Source of the DNA: a virus
Virus record (IMG/VR): IMGVR_UViG_3300015360_000032
Span: 16,924-80,923 of that record
Direction: 5' to 3' (one strand)
Length of the DNA stretch: 64,000 nucleotides
Shown here: in pieces, positions 56,768-64,000 of the stretch
How the letters are laid out: each line of letters begins with the position of its first letter
How positions within the stretch are numbered: the stretch's first letter is position 1
Notes under the pieces: generated by a model
Database searches by the model: none
What the model saw: the letters and a program-made list of their open reading frames with translations, nothing else
What the model was told of the DNA's origin: nothing
Program-made: the position numbers and the translations under genes

Positions 56768-57095
56768 TGGATAGGCTATGCGTCATGAAGTTGACGAGGT
56801 CTTTCAGCTTACCCTCGCCCTGTTCAAGTAGTTCCTGAGTGCCGTAGCGGTGCGCAAACTCTGCATCGAAGAATGCGCGTCGATAGGCTTCCGCGACTGC
56901 AATACCCCACGGAGTTATTTCGGGATTGCCAATCTCGTATAGGTAATCGCGCATGTGATACGCGAGTGCTGTAGCGACGGCCGGGTTGCCTTCTGTGAAC
57001 CCGCCTAGCCAATCAAAGACGTTGGATGCGTTCATGTCGCAGTTCATGATTGCGTCGTGCAATGGCTGGAAAATTGTCTTGATTTCTTGTTTCAT
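56709..57095 (-). CDS. hypothetical protein
   Basis: ORF with likely start MKQEIK after a GGGG RBS. Confidence 0.6.
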   Translation of the reverse strand: MKQEIKTIFQPLHDAIMNCDMNASNVFDWLGGFTEGNPAVATALAYHMRDYLYEIGNPEITPWGIAVAEAYRRAFFDAEFAHRYGTQELLEQGEGKLKDLVNFMTHSLSSDSAVASSLFPAQVSTRGH

Positions 57096-57150
57096 GTCTG
57101 CCCCGTTGATGAGTATGTATTGTACCAAATACACCGCAATTTAGCGAGTT

Positions 57151-57597
57151 TTAGCTCGAAATTGGGAGGACTGTGCGACGGCGGTACCCGACTGCGGGTT
57201 TAGGTACTGGCGCAGGTACTACGGGCGTCCTGCGTACGGGCGTACGAGTCAGCTTACTCTTAGCTGGCAGCAATACGGAATTTAGCTGCTGGAGGATACT
57301 GCCATCTTGTACTGACTCAAGGTAGACGAGCGCAGCGTGTTGAACGACCCGTGGGTAGCTTTTCTGCTTGATGTTATACCCCGTAGTCTCCTCAAGTCGG
57401 GGCCGTTTGATCAGCTTGAGATGGGGGTGCTTGATCCTTGACCAGTTGGTATCAAGTCGCTGGCATAGTAGATCGTATGCCTCATCTGTCATCGGGGATT
57501 GATCCAGATGATAGTAGAGGTACGACGCCAGGAGGTAATGCTGAACCAATAGGGTGTGGGGGAGCCGCGCTATCAACTCCTTTTGCAGGAGGGCCAT
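57151..57597 (-). CDS. stand-alone NAD-dependent DNA ligase subdomain Ia-like protein
   Basis: YLYYHLDQSPMTDEAYDLL matches the LigA YYxxDxPxxxDxxYD motif; no KxDG adenylation motif. Confidence 0.7.
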   Translation of the reverse strand: MALLQKELIARLPHTLLVQHYLLASYLYYHLDQSPMTDEAYDLLCQRLDTNWSRIKHPHLKLIKRPRLEETTGYNIKQKSYPRVVQHAALVYLESVQDGSILQQLNSVLLPAKSKLTRTPVRRTPVVPAPVPKPAVGYRRRTVLPISS

Positions 57598-57606
57598 GGT
57601 GCGCCC

Positions 57607-58371
57607 TTACTTTGCAGAATCGCGCGATGACTTCATAGCCATCTTAAGGATATCGTCTACGCTGACCTTTGATTTCTCGTGGTCGTGATCGTGAACGACA
57701 CCTTGCAATAGCTTGGTCAGTTGTTCTTTGGATTCGTTGACAAGGAATTGCCCGAAACCACTCATCAGGTCGGCTATGCCGCCTGCTTTCTTTATCGCAG
57801 CATTCAATGCCTTTGTTGGTGATATGGGCTCGGTGATAGCCTCGACAACGCAGCTAAGGCAATGGCACTTCATACCAGAGAACGTGCCACCTTTGACCGC
57901 TCTGTCCCAACCAAAGAAGTAGAGTGGCACGCGACTCATAGCAAAGAATCCGATCCTTTGCAGAGCCTTCTCATCCGCGTGGGCTCCCTGGATTATGTCT
58001 TCGGGGATTCCATAGTTTTCTTCCCACGCCTTGGCGTGCCCTTCAGTAAGGGTCGATGCATGCTTTTGCAGCGAACGAAGAAACTCATCTCTTAGCCCCG
58101 AAATTGCTTTGTACGTCTCGTCGTCAGTAATGAGCAAAAGTTTTGCTTCGATCTTGCTGATGGAATCCCTCAGGGTGGCTACATGCTCGTAGCCCGCCTG
58201 AGTGAAATACTCGCGGGAATATTCGACCCCCAAGGCTACGCCGCTGTAAACAAGCGTCATCCACATCTCTTCGCCTGAGATGTTATCGACTGCCGCCTGA
58301 GAGACGATGTCTTTGACTTTTGCTTCCAGCGTGTTGTCCTGCGATAGCACTTCGGACATTGATTGGGCCAT
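57607..58371 (-). CDS. hypothetical protein
   Basis: About 254 aa, GGAG RBS, CHCLSC motif. Confidence 0.7.
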   Translation of the reverse strand: MAQSMSEVLSQDNTLEAKVKDIVSQAAVDNISGEEMWMTLVYSGVALGVEYSREYFTQAGYEHVATLRDSISKIEAKLLLITDDETYKAISGLRDEFLRSLQKHASTLTEGHAKAWEENYGIPEDIIQGAHADEKALQRIGFFAMSRVPLYFFGWDRAVKGGTFSGMKCHCLSCVVEAITEPISPTKALNAAIKKAGGIADLMSGFGQFLVNESKEQLTKLLQGVVHDHDHEKSKVSVDDILKMAMKSSRDSAK

Positions 58372-58373
58372 GA

Positions 58374-58724
58374 TTATCTCTCCCCGAAAATTCGCTCCCA
58401 CCAAGGTTTTTTCTGGCGGGCGAGGTAGGAACCGTACTCTACGGCGCGAAGGTAATAGTCGTTTGCCCTGAAGGCCGCAGTCCCCTGCTCTAGGGACGAA
58501 ATTATCGCATCGGGCCAGTATGAGACGATTTTGAGAATCGCGGCCTGTGGACTTCTATCCCGAACAATCGCGGTATACATCACGCTGTCGAAGTTCAATG
58601 ACGTGCTGACGTACGCAAAATCGGGGAGCGCTGCGGGTCTGACAACGGGGGTGAAGAATTGAATCCTGAATGGCATCTCCCGATTAATTACAGGGGGCTC
58701 TATCATAGAAATTGGCGCTGACAT
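58374..58724 (-). CDS. hypothetical protein
   Basis: GAGG RBS; C-terminal KKPWWERIFG amphipathic motif. Confidence 0.65.
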   Translation of the reverse strand: MSAPISMIEPPVINREMPFRIQFFTPVVRPAALPDFAYVSTSLNFDSVMYTAIVRDRSPQAAILKIVSYWPDAIISSLEQGTAAFRANDYYLRAVEYGSYLARQKKPWWERIFGER

Positions 58725-58995
58725 GGTGTCCTCTTTTGAAATTGATTTCAACTAGATTCTACGTCTGCTTTGCGTACTCTCCTATCGACACCTCCATTAG
58801 CCCTCCGTATGTCCTCGACATCAACCCCAAGCAAGGAACGCCTCAATCTTACGGGTTTTATGGGCTCTTCCGCATCAGGGTGAGTGGCCGAAAGGCTACC
58901 CGCTATCCCCCCTAGATTCGGAAAGGGGCATACGGCAGGATGGGTAACTCTGCCTGCGGGGAGACGTAGGGGGCTAACCGTATTTGACATTGATT

Positions 58996-59346
58996 TCAAA
59001 GCTGATAACGAACCGCGTAAAAGCCGATGTTTTTTGCGGGCTCGACGTAGAGGTGCAGGGTCGCGCCTACGGGCGTTTTTGCTGCCGCAGTTGCGTACTC
59101 CGTAGCCGTGCAAGACAGGCCATGGGCAATGCCGTAGTCTACCCAATGCATGACCTTGCCAGGAAAAACTGTTTGAGGATCAACGAAGCCGACAGGAACA
59201 ACTAGCTCGCCCTCAGAAATGAACTGCATTGCGCCGAACTGGCTCAACGTGAATAGATACTTTTCCACCGCGCGGAAGCTGCGCGGCCGGTAAACCGCCT
59301 TAGAGCGCTGGAAAACAGCTTCTGTCGGTATTCTTAGGTGGCTCAT
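58996..59346 (-). CDS. hypothetical protein
   Basis: 116 aa; stop inside a palindrome copy. Confidence 0.6.
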   Translation of the reverse strand: MSHLRIPTEAVFQRSKAVYRPRSFRAVEKYLFTLSQFGAMQFISEGELVVPVGFVDPQTVFPGKVMHWVDYGIAHGLSCTATEYATAAAKTPVGATLHLYVEPAKNIGFYAVRYQL

Positions 59347-59383
59347 TTTTTCCCCGAATTGGAGGGCATAAGGAGCCTGTATT

Positions 59384-59602
59384 CTATTCGAGCCCCGCGT
59401 TAGGAACTACATGAGGCGGCGGGATCGGCTGAAATCTCTTTGCGTCCTCCCTGTGTAATTCCCTGAAGATAGTTTCTTGCTCTATAGCTCGGGCGAATCC
59501 CACGATCATCGATAGCCAAGTCGGCAGATGATCGACATCGCTAGCTACACTGCCCCATAGCTCCATGATGCGATCATCGGTAAGCTGGATGTCAGTGATC
59601 AT
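59384..59602 (-). CDS. hypothetical protein
   Basis: GGAGG RBS, LTDDRI...FARAIE motif common in proteobacterial phages. Confidence 0.6.
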   Translation of the reverse strand: MITDIQLTDDRIMELWGSVASDVDHLPTWLSMIVGFARAIEQETIFRELHREDAKRFQPIPPPHVVPNAGLE

Positions 59603-59859
59603 CTCGTGGCCTCCATAGATGCCGCTCGGTAGCATGTCGCGCATTCCGGAGCGCTCCCTCCGCAGTAGGGGTAGCCACAAGTCACCGCCCCCGAGGCAGG
59701 CTCTGTCTCATGCAGGTTCTTGCGTGCGTCGTTGGCGCTGCCTGGCGTGTGCGGCCAGCAGTATTTCGAAGCCAGTGCGCGGCAGCACTTGTTACGGCAC
59801 GCCGGCACTGCGCACTTCGGCCAAGCGTCCAAGAACCATTGCGGTATCTCATCATTCAC
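59599..59859 (-). CDS. small Cys-rich hypothetical protein
   Basis: GGAG RBS with GTG start; multiple Cys/His. Confidence 0.5.
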   Translation of the reverse strand: MNDEIPQWFLDAWPKCAVPACRNKCCRALASKYCWPHTPGSANDARKNLHETEPASGAVTCGYPYCGGSAPECATCYRAASMEATR

Positions 59860-59961
59860 AGCGTTTCTCCAAAACTGACGCCTAACCCTGCGCTCAACCG
59901 GAGCGCCAACGGCAGTGGTGCATCTTCATGCTTCAGGGCGTCGCCGGGTTGATGGGGTCTG

Positions 59962-60222
59962 TCATTCTTTGTCCCACTTTTCGTAGAGAGCAAGTTTCAT
60001 TTCGGCCTTAGCGTAAATCTCTTGCTCACGCAAACGAAGCTCCTTTGTCACGAAGGCCATTGCCGCCAGAACATCGCTCATCTCCTCGACAAGTCGGTCA
60101 TCCAGATTAAAGCCGTCGTAATGCACAACGCTTGGGAGGACAGAAAGCCTCTTCGCCGCGACTTCGATCAACTCTCCGCACTCTTCCATGAGCTTAACCA
60201 GCCCACCTCCTGGCATTGGCAT
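59962..60222 (-). CDS. MazG-like nucleotide pyrophosphohydrolase
   Basis: KLMEECGELI...K...EEMSDV motif. Confidence 0.8.
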   Translation of the reverse strand: MPMPGGGLVKLMEECGELIEVAAKRLSVLPSVVHYDGFNLDDRLVEEMSDVLAAMAFVTKELRLREQEIYAKAEMKLALYEKWDKE

Positions 60223-60223
60223 G

Positions 60224-60475
60224 TCATTTCCTCTTTGAAATCAATTTCATTTGATGGTCAATCGCGGCTCCAACATCCAAGGTATCTGCTGGAACCCAAC
60301 CCATACCTCCACAGGTCAGGGCAAGGATATAGCGCATGCCGGGTTGGCTATACCCTTTCCCGACAATAGGCCCTAGATAGATCGAGCCGCTATCGATAAG
60401 GAACCTGTACCGCGCGGCCTGAGTCTCCACGGAATCTACTTCCGCGACTGGCTTTGTTCGTTTCTTGTAAATCAT
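60224..60475 (-). CDS. hypothetical protein
   Basis: AARYRFL...AAID motif; ATGA coupling. Confidence 0.6.
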   Translation of the reverse strand: MIYKKRTKPVAEVDSVETQAARYRFLIDSGSIYLGPIVGKGYSQPGMRYILALTCGGMGWVPADTLDVGAAIDHQMKLISKRK

Positions 60476-60681
60476 GGTTTGCTCGCAAGACCGCGCCATT
60501 CGTCCCCGTCGTCATCTGCTAGCTCAACCCACATACCGTCGCTAGGGTCATGCCAGCCAAATGTATGCCCGTTAAAATACATTTTCACGATTGCGGTGTA
60601 ACACCAACCGCGAAATTCGTAATACCCCCTTCGTACCGGCTTGACGGGGTATTGAAACCAATCTGTCAGTATTTCGTCCAT
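60472..60681 (-). CDS. hypothetical protein
   Basis: GGAGG RBS; TDWF...KPVRRGYYE...WRGL motif. Confidence 0.7.
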   Translation of the reverse strand: MDEILTDWFQYPVKPVRRGYYEFRGWCYTAIVKMYFNGHTFGWHDPSDGMWVELADDDGDEWRGLASKP

Positions 60682-60703
60682 GGTGTTTTCCTCCTTCCGG
60701 GTA

Positions 60704-60895
60704 CTAGGGCTCAAGGTCAGTGCCCTCTATCCTGTACGCCTGAAAGTTGTCGATGAACTTGTACGTCTTCACGTTTGGGCAATCTGCGGGTAAGCAATCT
60801 TCTTTGATTGCGTACCGTGCCCTAGCCTCCTCTTCAGGAGTATCTAGGTAGCACTCGAAGCCGCTGGTGTGCCCTATTACTGTCAATGTGTGCAT
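60704..60895 (-). CDS. hypothetical protein
   Basis: 63-aa ORF in the gene run. Confidence 0.5.
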   Translation of the reverse strand: MHTLTVIGHTSGFECYLDTPEEEARARYAIKEDCLPADCPNVKTYKFIDNFQAYRIEGTDLEP

Positions 60896-61107
60896 ATTGG
60901 CTTGCCGGCGCTAATCAACTGAGCTAACGGCCCTTGCTTTACACGACTACAGTAGCGGGATACCTTTTGCGGTACTCGACCACCATTGCACAGGCCGTAG
61001 TAAGGATGCTGGCGGTACCTCGCGTACATGACTGTCTCATGAATTTGAGTAATTTTCATATCCTCTCTCATGACCCATCCACCTCCACGTAATTTGAACT
61101 TTGACAT
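60883..61107 (-). CDS. hypothetical protein
   Basis: First ORF after a putative promoter; start uncertain. Confidence 0.45.
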   Translation of the reverse strand: MSKFKLRGGGWVMREDMKITQIHETVMYARYRQHPYYGLCNGGRVPQKVSRYCSRVKQGPLAQLISAGKPICTH

Positions 61108-61226
61108 TGATTTCAAAACGAATTCAAAAATTTCCCCAGATACCAGAACGGGTCACTCTTGACTAGCTCTTGAAAGTGATGGGGGGGTGCCATGACGGAG
61201 TTCATGACTGAGTTCATGATGAGAGC

Positions 61227-61255
61227 ATTATAGCCTATGACTGGACTAGCGACTA
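61227..61255 (-). promoter_or_regulatory. promoter heading the small-gene block
   Basis: (G)TAGTCG-N17-TATAAT in non-coding DNA. Confidence 0.5.
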
Positions 61256-61338
61256 CCTACCGGAAAGAAGACGAAGAAAGTGACTAGGGTACCTTCCAAC
61301 CCTGTCCCTAAATAATTTCTCCAGCACCCCGGCGAAAT

Positions 61339-61362
61339 AAAAAAAACGGCACGCCACTGCCG
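61339..61362 (-). terminator. rho-independent terminator
   Basis: CGGCA-GTGGCG-TGCCG followed by T8. Confidence 0.7.
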
Positions 61363-61413
61363 ATTTTCTTGAACTGTCAACCCCCCTACATGAGGGATTG
61401 ACATTGTTTTTTA

Positions 61414-61587
61414 CTATCGTCCGAATCGGAAGATAGCTCGGAGCGATGAGACCGCGCGAACATCGGCGCGGCGTACGTTGCGGGCGGGTGCTTGCCATTC
61501 GACCGGCTGGCGCGAGGGAACCGGCGCGCCTATCGCGCGGAGTGCCTGCGCGTAAAGCGCCATGTTCGCGTCTCGTTCGTTTTTCAT
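61414..61587 (-). CDS. small basic hypothetical protein
   Basis: AGGAG RBS before MKNERDAN. Confidence 0.55.
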   Translation of the reverse strand: MKNERDANMALYAQALRAIGAPVPSRQPVEWQAPARNVRRADVRAVSSLRAIFRFGR

Positions 61588-61660
61588 GTCTGTAGGCTCC
61601 TGAAGGGGGGGGGGTGGTGGTGTAGGGGCGCGGGTCTGGTTTGCCGCGCCCCTGAAGGCT

Positions 61661-62137
61661 CTAGAGGGGCTTGACGCCGGAGAAGGCCCGAGGGGCTGTC
61701 GCGCTTTTGCCTGTCGTGAGGAGGTCGAAAAACATTTCGACCGATGATGGGTCGATGCCGCGTGGCGCAAACCGGGCAAGGCCCGTTTCGTTCAACTCCA
61801 ACATGGGTACGCCATTCTCGACGTACTGTATGAACGCCGAGGGTTTGTCATTGCCGCCCGTATGCCATCCGATGGCTGTCTGGCCCCATACGCGGGCGAG
61901 GGTCTGACGTGAGACCGCCGAGCCTTGAAACAAGCCGAGGGCCTCAAAAGCCGCTGCGGTATGGGCGGCAAGCATCCCTTTCCCGTTGCCGGACCCGGGA
62001 CGGTTCAAGAGAACGAACCGGACGCCGATCTCGACGACCGGCTTAGCCGCGACCGGGGCGACCGGGGCGACCGGGGCGACCGTGGCGACCTGGGCGACGA
62101 CCGGGGCGACAACTGCAACTGATGTTTGAGCATTCAT
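61661..62137 (-). CDS. hypothetical protein with N-terminal (VAP)n repeat
   Basis: 9-bp GCGACCGGG-type repeats at 62049-62110; GAAAG RBS. Confidence 0.65.
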   Translation of the reverse strand: MNAQTSVAVVAPVVAQVATVAPVAPVAPVAAKPVVEIGVRFVLLNRPGSGNGKGMLAAHTAAAFEALGLFQGSAVSRQTLARVWGQTAIGWHTGGNDKPSAFIQYVENGVPMLELNETGLARFAPRGIDPSSVEMFFDLLTTGKSATAPRAFSGVKPL

Positions 62138-62435
62138 GGTGAGCTTTCTAGGTGAGAGGGAAACCGGAAACCGGCCCCGGTCTATATGCATAGCCCGTGC
62201 CATGCTGTTTGACCCCGTTTTTCGTTGTTTTTATATTGAAATCGATGTCAATGTGACGTGAAACGTCATTTTGACATGACGTGAATTGTCATACATGACG
62301 CATTCTGTCTGTTACGGTGGATTTTGCTTGGCATGATCCTATCCATCCCCAATCTGGTGCATTAGCGTTCGCTGATATTCGGTTTTCGGCGCTTTTGAGC
62401 CGACCAGGTTGTTCGCGCTCGGCGTGGCCGGGGCA

Positions 62436-62672
62436 CTGTACCAGTACAGTAAAAGCACATGCCACCACTTCACGATGTCAGGGCACCAGCAGTGCCACCA
62501 GTACAGCACAAGCACCTGCCAGCACCTCAGGTCTTCACCTCACCAGCAGCACCAGTACACCACCAGTCACGCACGTACACCAGCACTGCACCAGCACTTC
62601 ACCAGCAGCAGAAAAAATCTTTCACGATAATCACCACTACACTCAGTTCGTTTAATTCACATGCCAGCACCT
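62436..62672. repeat. CACCAG/CACCAC-rich low-complexity array 1
   Basis: Many CACCA units, strongly C/A-skewed, non-coding. Confidence 0.8.
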
Positions 62673-62687
62673 GTAGTCTCGGGGCGT

Positions 62688-62713
62688 AAAAAAAGCCACG
62701 TCTCAGCATGGCC
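62688..62713 (-). terminator. rho-independent terminator
   Basis: GCCATG-CTGAGA-CGTGGC followed by T7. Confidence 0.7.
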
Positions 62714-62731
62714 TTGATCAGGGGGTAGGGA

Positions 62732-62941
62732 TCAGTCGATGATGAACTTGCCTGTCCAGCCCAGGCTGATACGGTGTCCGTCGATTATCAGATCGATAAC
62801 ACTGTGATCCCGGGGGTCCGCGCTGAAACTCACGAGGGCCTTCACCTCGGTGTCTTCATACTTGCGCAGAAGCTCCCGCGCCTTGACCAGTTGCGGATCA
62901 ACACCCTCCATGACTTCACCGTGTTCGTTGCGTTCGTCCAT
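62732..62941 (-). CDS. hypothetical protein
   Basis: AAGGAG RBS. Confidence 0.65.
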   Translation of the reverse strand: MDERNEHGEVMEGVDPQLVKARELLRKYEDTEVKALVSFSADPRDHSVIDLIIDGHRISLGWTGKFIID

Positions 62942-63048
62942 GATTGCTCCTTTCAGAGACCGTTATCCATCAGGTTGCAGATCATCATGAGGGCTACGTA
63001 GACAGCGAGCCCTGTTGCTATCCATATCTGTACTTCAGTCATACCGGC

Positions 63049-63273
63049 TTACCAGCGATACCCGCATTTGTCGCGCAGGGTTTCGTACACTTCGATCTGT
63101 ACCGCTTCCGTTGCCACCATACCTTTGCGGGAGTTGCGTTGGTCGGAGAGCCAGCAATCAAAAGCGCAACCGACATGCTGTGGCAGGGTATCAGGCGCGC
63201 CCTTCAGATCGAGCATGGAGAAGGTAGCGCGCTGAACAATGCAGGCGACTTCTTGATTCACGAAGAGAGACAT
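63049..63273 (-). CDS. hypothetical protein
   Basis: AAGGAG RBS before MSLFVNQ. Confidence 0.6.
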   Translation of the reverse strand: MSLFVNQEVACIVQRATFSMLDLKGAPDTLPQHVGCAFDCWLSDQRNSRKGMVATEAVQIEVYETLRDKCGYRW

Positions 63274-63323
63274 ATCAGGACTCCTTTGAAATCGATTGCA
63301 AGGGCCGAAGCCCCTGCCGTTGT

Positions 63324-63665
63324 TTACTGTGTGACGATCGAGGCGCAAAGGCCAAGACCGCGCCGCTGGATGTAGCCGGCCGCTGCATCCTCGCTTGCGA
63401 AGACGCCGAACAAAGACCCGTTTGCGTTGACGCGTTCGCCGCGCATCTTCTGTGCAAGCCCGTTGCTCGCAACGTAGTGCAAGACCGGGAGGGCGCATCC
63501 GACTGGCGCGGGAATGGCCTCATCGAGTGCGGCGATGGTGGCGCGAGCGAGGCGCGAGACCGGCTGGACGTACGTCTCGCCTTGCGAGGTGATCGTGCAA
63601 GCCGAGGGCATCCGCGCGGCGCGCTGGCTGGCTGCATTCCCGCGTCCGACTGTGATCTTCTTCAT
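63324..63665 (-). CDS. hypothetical protein
   Basis: GAAAGG RBS before MKKITVG. Confidence 0.6.
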   Translation of the reverse strand: MKKITVGRGNAASQRAARMPSACTITSQGETYVQPVSRLARATIAALDEAIPAPVGCALPVLHYVASNGLAQKMRGERVNANGSLFGVFASEDAAAGYIQRRGLGLCASIVTQ

Positions 63666-63810
63666 TTTGTGCCTTTCTAGGTCAACCCGCCGAGGATGGC
63701 GTAAGGGCATTCTATGGTGATTTGCCAAACGCAAGTGAGCACCTTTCATATTTATTTTCAAGCACGTTTGCGGGCGAACATGTACTTCACATAGACATAG
63801 AGGAAACATT

Positions 63811-64000
63811 CACCACTTCACCACTGCACCACTGCACCACTTCACCACTGCACCACCACTTCACAAAACGCGGAGGAACCCACCACTGCACCACCTCACC
63901 ACCTCACCACTTCATCACTCACCACTGCATCAGTTATGAATAATACATGCCAGCACCCACCCACCATAGACATACACCATAGACATACACCATAGACATA
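63811..64000. repeat. CACCACT-rich array 2 and 13-bp tandem repeat CCATAGACATACA
   Basis: CACCACT(T/G) octamer-like units at 63811-63930; 13-mer at 63964, 63977, 63990 running off the window. Confidence 0.9.

Larger units (their letters stand above)
739..63301. repeat. Dispersed 16-bp palindrome, consensus TTGAAAT(CA/TG/CG)ATTTCAA, about 35 copies
   Basis: Copies read by eye start at 739, 2420, 5965, 7118, 8682, 10487, 10621, 11751, 14185, 16207, 18695, 21114, 21858, 25133, 26011, 27243, 27708, 31775, 33920, 36445, 38629, 40753, 41906, 46479, 47687, 48494, 50594, 53623, 55951, 58736, 58984, 60235, 61101, 62236, 63286 (0-3 mismatches each). Confidence 0.95.

Noticed and set aside
58748-59146. 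132-aa minus-strand ORF
   Set aside because: Its 5' half overlaps 58996-59346; a shorter version from 58990 is possible but has no RBS or motif support.
62317-62689. Ser/Thr/His-rich plus-strand ORFs
   Set aside because: They are translations of the low-complexity CACCA array.
739-63301. Palindrome as an FNR/Anr or Fur box
   Set aside because: FNR is TTGAT-N4-ATCAA (14 bp) and the Fur box is GATAAT-based; arm sequence and spacing differ.
78-63943. Plus-strand ORFs in the six-frame track (e.g. 36445-37278, 40630-41397, 33700-34359)
   Set aside because: They are antisense shadows of well-supported minus-strand genes, with no recognisable motifs or RBS.
1-64000. Complete DGR, integrase or terminase
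   Set aside because: No YxDD reverse transcriptase, recombinase or TerL motifs were recognised in any ORF; they may lie outside the window.

Overview
The window is 64 kb of a tailed dsDNA phage (siphovirus-type) infecting a Gram-negative host, judged from a GH108 endolysin plus two-component spanin. Essentially all real genes are on the minus strand. In transcription order (right to left): (1) a CA-rich repetitive non-coding region and small early genes (~53.6-64 kb, including two MazG-like proteins, an M15-peptidase-like protein and a stand-alone LigA N-terminal-like domain); (2) a head module (SNase-like nuclease, PBSX-type portal, XkdF-like protease, scaffold, major capsid protein); (3) a ~9 kb accessory fibre cassette (methyltransferase/Maf-like fusion, BspA/DUF285-type repeat protein, repetitive fibre); (4) neck and tail genes (tube, frameshifted chaperone, tape measure, tail tip); (5) lysis genes; (6) a Ycf46-like AAA / DUF1257 / DUF2997 module interleaved with tRNA-Arg(UCU) and an Acb2 anti-CBASS homologue; (7) replication genes (initiator, loader-like, DnaB-like helicase, UDG-fused PolA, primase). 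No terminase, integrase, reverse transcriptase or CRISPR array was recognised. The most striking unexplained signal is a 16-bp palindrome, TTGAAATYRATTTCAA, present about 35 times and spread evenly (about every 1.8 kb) through genes and intergenic control regions. All family assignments are by motif recognition from memory; no database search was run.
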